From NCBI GenBank assembly GCA_964016885.1, contig OZ024765.1, forward strand, positions 19,468,001-19,532,000: a stretch of 64,000 nt of DNA, written 5' to 3'. The notes below the pieces were generated by a model. That model was given only the letters and a program-made list of their open reading frames with translations. It was not told the DNA's origin and did not search any database. The position numbers and the translations under genes were made by a program. Below, in pieces: positions 1-15,000 of this stretch (its first letter is position 1; every line of letters starts with the position of its first letter). This stretch comes from Eledone cirrhosa (lineage: Eukaryota).

Positions 1-3000
1 CAGGGGTTTTGACAGAGAGACCAAGGCAAAGACCCTCTTCTCCTCTGTGGTAATGTGGGGACCAAGGACACCAGGGGTTTTGACAGAGAGACCAAGGCAA
101 AGACCCTCTTTCTCCTCTGTGGTAATGTGGGGACCAAGGACACCAGGGGTTTTGAAGAGAGACCAAGGCAAAGACCCTCTTCTCCTCTGTGGTAATGTGG
201 GGACCAAGGACACCAGGGGTTTTGACAGAGAGACCAAGGCAAAGACCCTCTTCTCCTCTGTGGTAATGTGGGGACCAAGGACACCAGGGGTTTTGACAGA
301 GAGACCAAGGCAAAGACCCTCTTCTCCTCTGTGGTAATGTGGGGACCAAGGACACCAGGGGTTTTGACAGAGAGACCAAGGCAAAGACCCTCTTCTCCTC
401 TGTGGTAATGTGGGGACCAAGGACACCAGGGGTTTTGACAGAGAGACCAAGGCAAAGACCCTCTTCTCCTCTGGGGTAATGTGGGGACCAAGGACACCAG
501 GGGTTTTGACAGAGAGACCAAGGCAAAGACCTCTTCTCCTCTGTGGTAATGTGGGGACCAAGGACACCAGGGGTTTTGACAGAGAGACCAAGGCAAAGAC
601 CCTCTTCTCCTCTGGGGTAATGTGGGGACCAAGGACACCAGGGGTTTTGACAGAGAGACCAAGGCAAAGACCCTCTTCTCCTCTGGGTAATGTGGGGACC
701 AAGGACACCAGGGGTTTTGACAGAGAGACCAAGGCAAAGACCCTCTTCTCCTCTGGGGTAATGTGGGGACCAAGGACACCAGGGGTTTTGACAGAGAGAC
801 CAAGGCAAAGACCCTCTTCTCCTCTGTGGTAATGTGGGGACCAAGGACACCAGGGGTTTTGACAGAGAGACCAAGGCAAAGACCCTCTTCTCCTCTGTGG
901 TAATGTGGGGACCAAGGACACCAGGGGTTTTGACAGAGAGACCAAGGCAAAGACCCTCTTCTCCTCTGTGGTAATGTGGGGACCAAGGACACCAGGGTTT
1001 TGACAGAGAGACCAAGGCAAAGACCCTCTTCTCCTCTGTGGTAATGTGGGGACCAAGGACACCAGGGGTTTTGACAGAGAGACCAAGGCAAAGACCCTCT
1101 TCTCCTCTGTGGTAATGTGGGGACCAAGGACACCAGGGGTTTTGACAGAGAGACCAAGGCAAAGACCCTCTTCTCCTCTGGGGTAATGTGGGGACCAAGG
1201 ACACCAGGGGTTTTGACAGAGAGACCAAGGCAAAGACCCTCTTCTCCTCTGGGGTAATGTGGGGACCAAGGACACCAGGGGTTTTGACAGAGAGACCAAG
1301 GCAAAGACCCTCTTCTCCTCTGGGGTAATGTGGGGACCAAGGACACCAGGGGTTTTGACAGAGAGACCAAGGCAAAGACCCTCTTCTCCTCTGTGGTAAT
1401 GTGGGGACCAAGGACACCAGGGGTTTTGACAGAGAGACCAAGGCAAAGACCCTCTTCTCCTCTGTGGTAATGTGGGGACCAAGGACACCAGGGGTTTTGA
1501 CAGAGAGACCAAGGCAAAGACCCTCTTCTCCTCTGTGGTAATGTGGGGACCAAGGACACCAGGGTTTTGACAGAGAGACCAAGGCAAAGACCCTCTTCTC
1601 CTCTGTGGTAATGTGGGGACCAAGGACACCAGGGTTTTGACAGAGAGACCAAGGCAAAGACCCTCTTCTCCTCTGGGGTAATGTGGGGACCAAGGACACC
1701 AGGGTTTTGACAGAGAGACCAAGGCAAAGACCCTCTTCTCCTCTGGGGTAATGTGGGGACCAAGGACACCAGGGGTTTTGACAGAGAGACCAAGGCAAAG
1801 ACCCTCTTCTCCTCTGGGGTAATGTGGGGACCAAGGACACCAGGGGTTTTGACAGAGAGACCAAGGCAAAGACCCTCTTCTCCTCTGGGGTAATGTGGGG
1901 ACCAAGGACACCAGGGGTTTTGACAGAGAGACCAAGGCAAAGACCCTCTTCTCCTCTGGGGTAATGTGGGGACCAAGGACACCAGGGGTTTTGACAGAGA
2001 GACCAAGGCAAAGACCTTCTTCTCCTCTGTGGTAATGTGGGGACCAAGGACACCAGGGGTTTTGACAGAGAGACCAAGGCAAAGACCCTCTTCTCCTCTG
2101 GGGTAATGTGGGGACCAAGGACACCAGAGGTTTTGACAGAGAGACCAAGGCAAAGACCCTCTTCTCCTCTGGGGTAATGTGGGGACCAAGGACACCAGGG
2201 GTTTTGACAGAGAGACCAAGGCAAAGACCCTCTTCTCCTCTGGGGTAATGTGGGGACCAAGGACACCAGGGGTTTTGACAGAGAGACCAAGGCAAAGACC
2301 CTCTTCTCCTCTGGGGTAATGTGGGGACCAAGGACACCAGGGGTTTTGACAGAGAGACCAAGGCAAAGACCCTCTTCTCCTCTGGGGTAATGTGGGGACC
2401 AAGGACACCAGGGGTTTTGACAGAGAGACCAAGGCAAAGACCCTCTTCTCCTCTGGGGTAATGTGGGGACCAAGGACACCAGGGGTTTTGACAGAGAGAC
2501 CAAGGCAAAGACCCTCTTCTCCTCTGGGGTAATGTGGGGACCAAGGACACCAGGGGTTTTGACAGAGAGAACAAGGCAAAGACCCTCTTCTCCTCTGGGG
2601 TAATGTGGGGACCAAGGACACCAGGGGTTTTGACAGAGAGACCAAGGCAAAGTCCCTCTTCTCCTCTGGGGTAATGTGGGGACCAAGGACACCAGGGGTT
2701 TTGACAGAGAGACCAAGGCAAAGACCCTCTTCTCCTCTGTGGTAACTGTGGGGACCAAGGACACCAGGGGTTTTGACAGAGAGACCAAGGCAAAGACCCT
2801 CTTCTCCTCTGTGGTAATGTGGGGACCAAGGACACCAGGGGTTTTGACAGAGAGACCAAGGCAAAGACCCTCTTCTCCTCTGTGGTAATGTGGGGACCAA
2901 GGACACCAGAGATTTTGACAGAGAGACCAAGGCAAAGACCCTCTTCTCCTCTGTGGTAATGTGGGGACCAAGGACACCAGGGGTTTTGACAGAGAGACCA

Positions 3001-6000
3001 AGGCAAAGACCCTCTTCTCCTCTGTGGTAATGTGGGGACCAAGGACACCAGGGGTTTTGACAGAGAGACCAAGGCAAAGACCCTCTTCTCCTCTGGGGTA
3101 ATGTGGGGACCAAGGACACCAGGGGTTTTGACAGAGAGACCAAGGCAAAGACCCTCTTCTCCTCTGGGGTAATGTGGGGACCAAGGACACCAGGGGTTTT
3201 GACAGAGAGACCAAGGCAAAGACCCTCTTCTCCTCTGTGGTAATGTGGGGACCAAGGACACCAGAGGTTTTGACAGAGAGACCAAGGCAAAGACCATCTT
3301 CTCCTCTGTGGTAATGTGGGGACCAAGGACACCAGGGGTTTTGACAGAGAGACCAAGGCAAAGACCCTCTTCTCCTCTGTGGTAATGTGGGGACCAAGGA
3401 CACCAGGGGTTTTGACAGAGAGACCAAGGCAAAGACCCTCTTCTCCTCTGTGGTAATGTGGGGACCAAGGACACCAGGGGTTTTGACAGAGAGACCAAGG
3501 CAAAGACCCTCTTCTCCTCTGGGGTAATGTGGGGACCAAGGACACCAGGGGTTTTGACAGAGAGACCAAGGCAAAGACCCTCTTCTCCTCTGTGGTAATG
3601 TGGGGACCAAGGACACCAGGGGTTTTGACAGAGAGACCAAGGCAAAGACCCTCTTCTCCTCTGTGGTAATGTGGGGACCAAGGACACCAGGGGTTTTGAC
3701 AGAGAGACCAAGGCAAAGACCCTCTTCTCCTCTGGGGTAATGTGGGGACCAAGGACACCAGGGGTTTTGACAGAGAGACCAAGGCAAAGACCCTCTTCTC
3801 CTCTGTGGTAATGTGGGGACCAAGGACACCAGAGATTTTGACAGAGAGACCAAGGCAAAGACCCTCTTCTCCTCTGTGGTAATGTGGGGACCAAGGACAC
3901 CAGGGGTTTTGACAGAGAGACCAAGGCAAAGACCCTCTTCTCCTCTGGGGTAATGTGGGGACCAAGGACACCAGGGGTTTTGACAGAGAGACCAAGGCAA
4001 AGACCCTCTTCTCCTCTGGGGTAATGTGGGGACCAAGGACACCAGGGGTTTTGACAGAGAGACCAAGGCAAAGACCCTCTTCTCCTCTGTGGTAATGTGG
4101 GGACCAAGGACACCAGAGGTTTTGACAGAGAGACCAAGGCAAAGACCCTCTTCTCCTCTGTGGTAATGTGGGGACCAAGGACACCAGGGGTTTTGACAGA
4201 GAGACCAAGGCAAAGACCCTCTTCTCCTCTGTGGTAATGTGGGGACCAAGGACACCAGGGGTTTTGACAGAGAGACCAAGGCAAAGACCCTCTTCTCCTC
4301 TGGGGTAATGTGGGGACCAAGGACACCAGGGGTTTTGACAGAGAGACCAAGGCAAAGACCCTCTTCTCCTCTGTGGTAATGTGGGGACCAAGGACACCAG
4401 GGGTTTTGACAGAGAGACCAAGGCAAAGACCCTCTTCTCCTCTGTGGTAATGTGGGGACCAAGGACACCAGGGGTTTTGACAGAGAGACCAAGGCAAAGA
4501 CCCTCTTCTCCTCTGGGTAATGTGGGGACCAAGGACACCAGGGGTTTTGACAGAGAGACCAAGGCAAAGACCCTCTTCTCCTCTGTGGTAATGTGGGGAC
4601 CAAGGACACCAGGGGTTTTGACAGAGAGACCAAGGCAAAGACCCTCTTCTCCTCTGTGGTAATGTGGGGACCAAGGACACCAGGGGTTTTGACAGAGAGA
4701 CCAAGGCAAAGACCCTCTTCTCCTCTGGGGTAATGTGGGGACCAAGGACACCAGGGGTTTTGACAGAGAGACCAAGGCAAAGACCCTCTTCTCCTCTGTG
4801 GTAATGTGGGGACCAAGGACACCAGAGATTTTGACAGAGAGACCAAGGCAAAGACCCTCTTCTCCTCTGGGGTAATGTGGGGACCAAGGACACCAGGGGT
4901 TTTGACAGAGAGACCAAGGCAAAGACCCTCTTCTCCTCTGTGGTAATGTGGGGACCAAGGACACCAGGGGTTTTGACAGAGAGACCAAGGCAAAGACCCT
5001 CTTCTCCTCTGTGGTAATGTGGGGACCAAGGACACCAGGGGTTTTGACAGAGAGACCAAGGCAAAGACCCTCTTCTCCTCTGGGGTAATGTGGGGACCAA
5101 GGACACCAGGGGTTTTGACAGAGAGACCAAGGCAAAGACCCTCTTCTCCTCTGGGGTAATGTGGGGACCAAGGACACCAGGGGTTTTGACAGAGAGACCA
5201 AGGCAAAGACCCTCTTCTCCTCTGGGGTAATGTGGGGACCAAGGACACCAGAGGTTTTGACAGAGAGACCAAGGCAAAGACCCTCTTCTCCTCTGTGGTA
5301 ATGTGGGGACCAAGGACACCAGGGGTTTTGACAGAGAGACCAAGGCAAAACCCTCTTCCCCTCTGGGGTAATGTGGGGACCAAAGACACCAGGGGTTTTG
5401 ACAGAGAGACCAAGGCAAAGACCCTCTTCTCCTCTGTGGTAATGTGGGGACCAAGGACACCAGAGATTTTGACAGAGAGACCAAGGCAAAGACCCTCTTC
5501 TCCTCTGTGGTAATGTGGGGACCAAGGACACCAGGGGTTTTGACAGAGAGACCAAGGCAAAGACCCTCTTCTCCTCTGTGGTAATGTGGGACCAAGGACA
5601 CCAGAGATTTTGACAGAGAGACCAAGGCAAAGACCCTCTTCTCCTCTGTGGTAATGTGGGGACCAAGGACACCAGGGGTTTTGACAGAGAGACCAAGGCA
5701 AAGACCCTCTTCTCCTCTGTGGTAATGTGGGGACCAAGGACACCAGGGGTTTTGACAGAGAGACCAAGGCAAAGACCCTCTTCTCCTCTGGGGTAATGTG
5801 GGGACCAAGGACACCAGGGGTTTTGACAGAGAGACCAAGGCAAAGACCCTCTTCTCCTCTGTGGTAATGTGGGGACCAAGGACACCAGGGGTTTTGACAG
5901 AGAGACAAGGCAAAGACCCTCTTCTCCTCTGTGGTAATGTGGGGACCAAGGACACCAGGGGTTTTGACAGAGAGACCAAGGCAAAGACCCTCTTCTCCTC

Positions 6001-9000
6001 TGTGGTAATGTGGGGACCAAGGACACCAGGGGTTTTGACAGAGAGACCAAGGCAAAGACCCTCTTCTCCTCTGGGGTAATGTGGGGACCAAGGACACCAG
6101 GGGTTTTGACAGAGAGACCAAGGCAAAGACCCTCTTCTCCTCTGGGGTAATGTGGGGACCAAGGACACCAGGGGTTTTGACAGAGAGACCAAGGCAAAGA
6201 CCCTCTTCTCCTCTGGGGTAATGTGGGGACCAAGGACACCAGGGGTTTTGACAGAGAGACCAAGGCAAAGACCCTCTTCTCCTCTGGGGTAATGTGGGGA
6301 CCAAGGACACCAGGGGTTTTGACAGAGAGAACAAGGCAAAGACCCTCTTCTCCTCTGGGGTAATGTGGGGACCAAGGACACCAGGGGTTTTGACAGAGAG
6401 ACCAAGGCAAAGTCCCTCTTCTCCTCTGGGGTAATGTGGGGACCAAGGACACCAGGGGTTTTGACAGAGAGACCAAGGCAAAGACCCTCTTCTCCTCTGT
6501 GGTAATGTGGGGACCAAGGACACCAGGGGTTTTGACAGAGAGACCAAGGCAAAGACCCTCTTCTCCTCTGTGGTAATGTGGGGACCAAGGACACCAGGGG
6601 TTTTGACAGAGAGACCAAGGCAAAGACCCTCTTCTCCTCTGGGGTAATGTGGGGACCAAGGACACCAGAGATTTTGACAGAGAGACCAAGGCAAAGACCC
6701 TCTTCTCCTCTGTGGTAATGTGGGGACCAAGGACACCAGGGGTTTTGACAGAGAGACCAAGGCAAAGACCCTCTTCTCCTCTGTGGTAATGTGGGGACCA
6801 AGGACACCAGGGGTTTTGACAGAGAGACCAAGGCAAAGACCCTCTTCTCCTCTGGGGTAATGTGGGGACCAAGGACACCAGGGGTTTTGACAGAGAGACC
6901 AAGGCAAAGACCCTCTTCTCCTCTGGGGTAATGTGGGGACCAAGGACACCAGGGGTTTTGACAGAGAGACCAAGGCAAAGACCCTCTTCTCCTCTGTGGT
7001 AATGTGGGGACCAAGGACACCAGAGGTTTTGACAGAGAGACCAAGGCAAAGACCCTCTTCTCCTCTGTGGTAATGTGGGGACCAAGGACACCAGGGGTTT
7101 TGACAGAGAGACCAAGGCAAAGACCCTCTTCTCCTCTGTGGTAATGTGGGGACCAAGGACACCAGGGGTTTTGACAGAGAGACCAAGGCAAAGACCCTCT
7201 TCTCCTCTGTGGTAATGTGGGGACCAAGGACACCAGGGGTTTTGACAGAGAGACCAAGGCAAAGACCCTCTTCTCCTCTGGGGTAATGTGGGGACCAAGG
7301 ACACCAGGGGTTTTGACAGAGAGACCAAGGCAAAGACCCTCTTCTCCTCTGTGGTAATGTGGGGACCAAGGACACCAGGGGTTTTGACAGAGAGACCAAG
7401 GCAAAGACCCTCTTCTCCTCTGTGGTAATGTGGGGACCAAGGACACCAGGGGTTTTGACAGAGAGACCAAGGCAAAGACCCTCTTCTCCTCTGGGGTAAT
7501 GTGGGGACCAAGGACACCAGGGGTTTTGACAGAGAGACCAAGGCAAAGACCCTCTTCTCCTCTGTGGTAATGTGGGGACCAAGGACACCAGAGATTTTGA
7601 CAGAGAGACCAAGGCAAAGACCCTCTTCTCCTCTGTGGTAATGTGGGGACCAAGGACACCAGGGGTTTTGACAGAGAGACCAAGGCAAAGACCCTCTTCT
7701 CCTCTGGGGTAATGTGGGGACCAAGGACACCAGGGGTTTTGACAGAGAGACCAAGGCAAAGACCCTCTTCTCCTCTGGGGTAATGTGGGGACCAAGGACA
7801 CCAGGGGTTTTGACAGAGAGACCAAGGCAAAGACCCTCTTCTCCTCTGTGGTAATGTGGGGACCAAGGACACCAGAGGTTTTGACAGAGAGACCAAGGCA
7901 AAGACCCTCTTCTCCTCTGTGGTAATGTGGGGACCAAGGACACCAGGGGTTTTGACAGAGAGACCAAGGCAAAGACCCTCTTCTCCTCTGTGGTAATGTG
8001 GGGACCAAGGACACCAGGGGTTTTGACAGAGAGACCAAGGCAAAGACCCTCTTCTCCTCTGGGGTAATGTGGGGACCAAGGACACCAGGGGTTTTGACAG
8101 AGAGACCAAGGCAAAGACCCTCTTCTGCTCTGTGGTAATGTGGGGACCAAGGACACCAGGGGTTTTGACAGAGAGACCAAGGCAAAGACCCTCTTCTCCT
8201 CTGTGGTAATGTGGGGACCAAGGACACCAGGGGTTTTGACAGAGAGACCAAGGCAAAGACCCTCTTCTCCTCTGTGGTAATGTGGGGACCAAGGACACCA
8301 GGGGTTTTGACAGAGAGACCAAGGCAAAGACCCTCTTCTCCTCTGGGGTAATGTGGGGACCAAGGACACCAGGGGTTTTGACAGAGAGACCAAGGCAAAG
8401 ACCCTCTTCTCCTCTGTGGTAATGTGGGGACCAAGGACACCAGGGGTTTTGACAGAGAGACCAAGGCAAAGACCCTCTTCTCCTCTGTGGTAATGTGGGG
8501 ACCAAGGACACCAGGGGTTTTGACAGAGAGACCAAGGCAAAGACCCTCTTCTCCTCTGGGGTAATGTGGGGACCAAGGACACCAGGGGTTTTGACAGAGA
8601 GACCAAGGCAAAGACCCTCTTCTCCTCTGTGGTAATGTGGGGACCAAGGACACCAGAGATTTTGACAGAGAGACCAAGGCAAAGACCCTCTTCTCCTCTG
8701 GGGTAATGTGGGGACCAAGGACACCAGGGGTTTTGACAGAGAGACCAAGGCAAAGACCCTCTTCTCCTCTGTGGTAATGTGGGGACCAAGGACACCAGGG
8801 GTTTTGACAGAGAGACCAAGGCAAAGACCCTCTTCTCCTCTGTGGTAATGTGGGGACCAAGGACACCAGGGGTTTTGACAGAGAGACCAAGGCAAAGACC
8901 CTCTTCTCCTCTGGGGTAATGTGGGGACCAAGGACACCAGGGGTTTTGACAGAGAGACCAAGGCAAAGACCCTCTTCTCCTCTGGGGTAATGTGGGGACC

Positions 9001-12000
9001 AAGGACACCAGGGGTTTTGACAGAGAGACCAAGGCAAAGACCCTCTTCTCCTCTGGGGTAATGTGGGGACCAAGGACACCAGAGGTTTTGACAGAGAGAC
9101 CAAGGCAAAGACCCTCTTCTCCTCTGTGGTAATGTGGGGACCAAGGACACCAGGGGTTTTGACAGAGAGACCAAGGCAAAAACCCTCTTCCCCTCTGGGG
9201 TAATGTGGGGACCAAAGACACCAGGGGTTTTGACAGAGAGACCAAGGCAAAGACCCTCTTCTCCTCTGTGGTAATGTGGGGACCAAGGACACCAGAGATT
9301 TTGACAGAGAGACCAAGGCAAAGACCCTCTTCTCCTCTGTGGTAATGTGGGGACCAAGGACACCAGGGGTTTTGACAGAGAGACCAAGGCAAAGACCCTC
9401 TTCTCCTCTGTGGTAATGTGGGGACCAAGGACACCAGAGATTTTGACAGAGAGACCAAGGCAAAGACCCTCTTCTCCTCTGTGGTAATGTGGGGACCAAG
9501 GACACCAGGGGTTTTGACAGAGAGACCAAGGCAAAGACCCTCTTCTCCTCTGTGGTAATGTGGGGACCAAGGACACCAGGGGTTTTGACAGAGAGACCAA
9601 GGCAAAGACCCTCTTCTCCTCTGGGGTAATGTGGGGACCAAGGACACCAGGGGTTTTGACAGAGAGACCAAGGCAAAGACCCTCTTCTCCTCTGTGGTAA
9701 TGTGGGGACCAAGGACACCAGGGGTTTTGACAGAGAGACCAAGGCAAAGACCCTCTTCTCCTCTGTGGTAATGTGGGGACCAAGGACACCAGGGGTTTTG
9801 ACAGAGAGACCAAGGCAAAGACCCTCTTCTCCTCTGTGGTAATGTGGGGACCAAGGACACCAGGGGTTTTGACAGAGAGACCAAGGCAAAGACCCTCTTC
9901 TCCTCTGGGGTAATGTGGGGACCAAGGACACCAGGGGTTTTGACAGAGAGACCAAGGCAAAGACCCTCTTCTCCTCTGTGGTAATGTGGGGACCAAGGAC
10001 ACCAGGGGTTTTGACAGAGAGACCAAGGCAAAGACCCTCTTCTCCTCTGGGGTAATGTGGGGACCAAGGACACCAGGGGTTTTGACAGAGAGACCAAGGC
10101 AAAGACCCTCTTCTCCTCTGTGGTAATGTGGGGACCAAGGACACCAGAGATTTTGACAGAGAGACCAAGGCAAAGACCCTCTTCTCCTCTGGGGTAATGT
10201 GGGGACCAAGGACACCAGGGGTTTTGACAGAGAGACCAAGGCAAAGACCCTCTTCTCCTCTGTGGTAATGTGGGGACCAAGGACACCAGGGGTTTTGACA
10301 GAGAGACCAAGGCAAAGACCCTCTTCTCCTCTGTGGTAATGTGGGGACCAAGGACACCAGGGGTTTTGACAGAGAGACCAAGGCAAAGACCCTCTTCTCC
10401 TCTGGGGTAATGTGGGGACCAAGGACACCAGGGGTTTTGACAGAGAGACCAAGGCAAAGACCCTCTTCTCCTCTGGGGTAATGTGGGGACCAAGGACACC
10501 AGGGGTTTTGACAGAGAGACCAAGGCAAAGACCCTCTTCTCCTCTGGGGTAATGTGGGGACCAAGGACACCAGAGGTTTTGACAGAGAGACCAAGGCAAA
10601 GACCCTCTTCTCCTCTGTGGTAATGTGGGGACCAAGGACACCAGGGGTTTTGACAGAGAGACCAAGGCAAAAACCCTCTTCCCCTCTGGGGTAATGTGGG
10701 GACCAAAGACACCAGGGGTTTTGACAGAGAGACCAAGGCAAAGACCCTCTTCTCCTCTGTGGTAATGTGGGGACCAAGGACACCAGAGATTTTGACAGAG
10801 AGACCAAGGCAAAGACCCTCTTCTCCTCTGTGGTAATGTGGGGACCAAGGACACCAGGGGTTTTGACAGAGAGACCAAGGCAAAGACCCTCTTCTCCTCT
10901 GTGGTAATGTGGGGACCAAGGACACCAGAGATTTTGACAGAGAGACCAAGGCAAAGACCCTCTTCTCCTCTGTGGTAATGTGGGGACCAAGGACACCAGG
11001 GGTTTTGACAGAGAGACCAAGGCAAAGATCCTCTTCTCCTCTGGGGTAATGTGGGGACCAAGGACACCAGGGGTTTTGACAGAGAGACCAAGGCAAAGAC
11101 CCTCTTCTCCTCTGTGGTAATGTGGGGACCAAGGACACCAGAGGTTTTGAGGGAGAGACCAAGGCAAAGATCCTCTTCTCCTCTGTGGTAATGTGGGGAC
11201 CAAGGACACCAGAGGTTTTGACAGAGAGACCAAGGCAAAGATCCTCTTCTCCTCTGTGGTAATGTGGGGACCAAGGACACCAGAGGTTTTGACAGAGAGA
11301 CCAAGGCAAAGATCCTCTTCTCCTCTGTGGTAATGTGGGGACCAAGGACACCAGAGGTTTTGACAGAGAGACCAAGGCAAAGACCCTCTTCTCCTCTGTG
11401 GTAATGTGGGGACCAAGGACACCAGAGGTTTTGACAGAGAGACCAAGGCAAAGATCCTCTTCTCCTCTGTGGTAATGTGGGGACCAAGGACACCAGAGGT
11501 TTTGAGGGAGAGACCAAGGCAAAGATCCTCTTCTCCTCTGTGGTAATGTGGGGACCAAGGACACCAGGGGTTTTGACAGAGAGACCAAGGCAAAGATCCT
11601 CTTCTCCTCTGTGGTAATGTGGGGACCAAGGACACCAGGGGTTTTGACAGAGAGACCAAGGCAAAGATCCTCTTCTCCTCTGTGGTAATGTGGGGACCAA
11701 GGACACCAGGGGTTTTGACAGAGAGACCAAGGCAAAGACCCTCTTCTCCTCTGTGGTAATGTGGGGACCAAGGACACCAGGGGTTTTGACAGAGAGACCA
11801 AGGCAAAGATCCTCTTCTCCTCTGGGGTAATGTGGGGACCAAGGACACCAGGGGTTTTGACAGAGAGACCAAGGCAAAGATCCTCTTCTCCTATGTGGTA
11901 ATGTGGGGACCAAGGACACCAGAGGTTTTGAGGGAGAGACCAAGGCAAAGATCCTCTTCTCCTCTGTGGTAATGTGGGGACCAAGGACACCAGGGGTTTT

Positions 12001-15000
12001 GACAGAGAGACCAAGGCAAAGATCCTCTTCTCCTCTGTGGTAATGTGGGGACCAAGGACACCAGGGGTTTTGACAGAGAGACCAAGGCAAAGATCCTCTT
12101 CTCCTCTGTGGTAATGTGGGGACCAAGGACACCAGGGGTTTTGACAGAGAGACCAAGGCAAAGACCCTCTTCTCCTCTGTGGTAATGTGGGGACCAAGGA
12201 CACCAGGGGTTTTGACAGAGAGACCAAGGCAAAGATCCTCTTCTCCTCTGGGGTAATGTGGGGACCAAGGACACCAGGGGTTTTGACAGAGAGAACAAGG
12301 CAAAGATCCTCTTCTCCTCTGTGGTAATGTGGGGACCAAGGACACCAGGGGTTTTGACAGAGACCAAGGCAAAGACCCTCTTCTCCTCTGGGGTAATGTG
12401 GGGACCAAGGACACCAGAGGTTTTGACAGAGACCAAGGCAAAGACCCTCTTCTCCTCTGTGGTAATGTGGCGACCAAGGACACCAGGGGTTTTGACAGAG
12501 AGACCAAGGCAAAGACCCTCTTCTCCTCTGGGGTAATGTGGGGACCAAGGACACCAGAGGTTTTGACAGAGACCAAGGCAAAGACCCTCTTCTCCTCTGT
12601 GGTAATGTGGCGACCAAGGACACCAGGGGTTTTGACAGAGAGACCAAGGCAAAGACCCTCTTCTCCTCTGTGGTAATGTGGGGACCAAGGACACCAGGGG
12701 TTTTGACAGAGAGACCAAGGCAAAGGCCCTCTTCTCCTCTGTGGTAATGTGGGGACCAAGGACACCAGGGGTTTTGACAGAGACCAAGGCAAAGACCCTC
12801 TTCTCCTCTGGGGTAATGTGGGGACCAAGGACACCAGAGGTTTTGACAGAGACCAAGGCAAAGACCCTCTTCTCCTCTGTGGTAATGTGGCGACCAAGGA
12901 CACCAGGGGTTTTGACAGAGAGACCAAGGCAAAGACCCTCTTCTCCTCTGGGGTAATGTGGGGACCAAGGACACCAGAGGTTTTGACAGAGACCAAGGCA
13001 AAGACCCTCTTCTCCTCTGTGGTAATGTGGCGACCAAGGACACCAGGGGTTTTGACAGAGAGACCAAGGCAAAGACCCTCTTCTCCTCTGGGGTAATGTG
13101 GGGACCAAGGACACCAGAGGTTTTGACAGAGAGACCAAGGCAAAGACCCTCTTCTCCTCTGGGGTAATGTGGGGACCAAGGACACCAGGGGTTTTGACAG
13201 AGAGACCAAGGCAAAGACCCTCTTCTCCTCTGTGGTAATGTGGGGACCAAGGACACCAGGGGTTTTGACAGAGAGACCAAGGCAAAGGCCCTCTTCTCCT
13301 CTGTGGTAATGTGGGGACCAAGGACACCAGGGGTTTTGACAGAGAGACCAAGGCAAAGACCCTCTTCTCCTCTGTGGTAATGTGGGGACCAAGGACACCA
13401 GGGGTTTTGACAGAGAGACCAAGGCAAAGACCCTTTTCTCCTCTGTGGTAATGTGGGGACCAAGGACACCAGGGGTTTTGACAGAGAGACCAAGGCAAAG
13501 ACCCTCTTCTCCTCTGGGGTAATGTGGGGACCAAGGACACCAGAGGTTTTGACAGAGACCAAGGCAAAGATCCTCTTCTCCTCTGTGGTAATGTGGGGAC
13601 CAAGGACACCAGGGGTTTTGACAGAGAGACCAAGGCAAAGATCCTCTTCTCCTCTGTGGTAATGTGGGGACCAAGGACACCAGGGGTTTTGACAGAGAGA
13701 CCAAGGCAAAGACCCTCTTCTCCTCTGTGGTAATGTGGGGACCAAGGACACCAGGGGTTTTGACAGAGAGACCAAGGCAAAGATCCTCTTCTCCTCTGGG
13801 GTAATGTGGGGACCAAGGACACCAGGGATTTTGACAGAGAGACCAAGGCAAAGATCCTCTTCTCCTCTGTGGTAATGTGGGGACCAAGGACACCAGGGGT
13901 TTTGACAGAGAGACCAAGGCAAAGATCCTCTTCTCCTCTGTGGTAATGTGGGGACCAAGGACACCAGGGGTTTTGACAGAGAGACCAAGGCAAAGACCCT
14001 CTTCTCCTCTGTGGTAATGTGGGGACCAAGGACACCAGGGGTTTTGACAGAGAGACCAAGGCAAAGATCCTCTTCTCCTCTGGGGTAATGTGGGGACCAA
14101 GGACACCAGGGATTTTGACAGAGAGACCAAGGCAAAGATCCTCTTCTCCTCTGTGGTAATGTGGGGACCAAGGACACCAGGGGTTTTGACAGAGAGACCA
14201 AGGCAAAGATCCTCTTCTCCTCTGTGGTAATGTGGGGACCAAGGACACCAGGGGTTTTGACAGAGAGACCAAGGCAAAGATCCTCTTCTCCTCTGTGGTA
14301 ATGTGGGGACCAAGGACACCAGGGGTTTTGACAGAGAGACCAAGGCAAAGATCCTCTTCTCCTCTGTGGTAATGTGGGGACCAAGGACACCAGGGGTTTT
14401 GACAGAGAGACCAAGGCAAAGATCCTCTTCTCCTCTGTGGTAATGTGGGGACCAAGGACACCAGGGGTTTTGACAGAGAGACCAAGGCAAAGATCCTCTT
14501 CTCCTCTGGGGTAATGTGGGGACCAAGGACACCAGAGGTTTTGACAGAGACCAAGGCAAAGATCCTCTTCTCCTCTGTGGTAATGTGGGGACCAAGGACA
14601 CCAGAGGTTTTGACAGAGACCAAGGCAAAGACCCTCTTCTCCTCTGTGGTAATGTGGGGACCAAGGACACCAGGGGTTTTGACAGAGAGACCAAGGCAAA
14701 GACCCTCTTCTCCTCTGGGGTAATGTGGGGACCAAGGACACCAGAGGTTTTGACAGAGAGACCAAGGCAAAGACCCACTTCTCCTCTGTGGTAATGTGGG
14801 GACCAAGGACACCAGGGGTTTTGACAGAGAGACCAAGGCAAAGACCCTCTTCTCCTCTGGGGTAATGTGGGGACCAAGGACACCAGAGGTTTTGACAGAG
14901 AGACCAAGGCAAAGATCCTCTTCTCCTCTGTGGTAATGTGGGGACCAAGGACACCAGGGGTTTTGACAGAGAGACCAAGGCAAAGATCCTCTTCTCCTCT

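Noticed and set aside
1-1750. 70-bp monomer variants as true sub-families
   Set aside because: Single-base losses in homopolymers, more likely long-read consensus errors.
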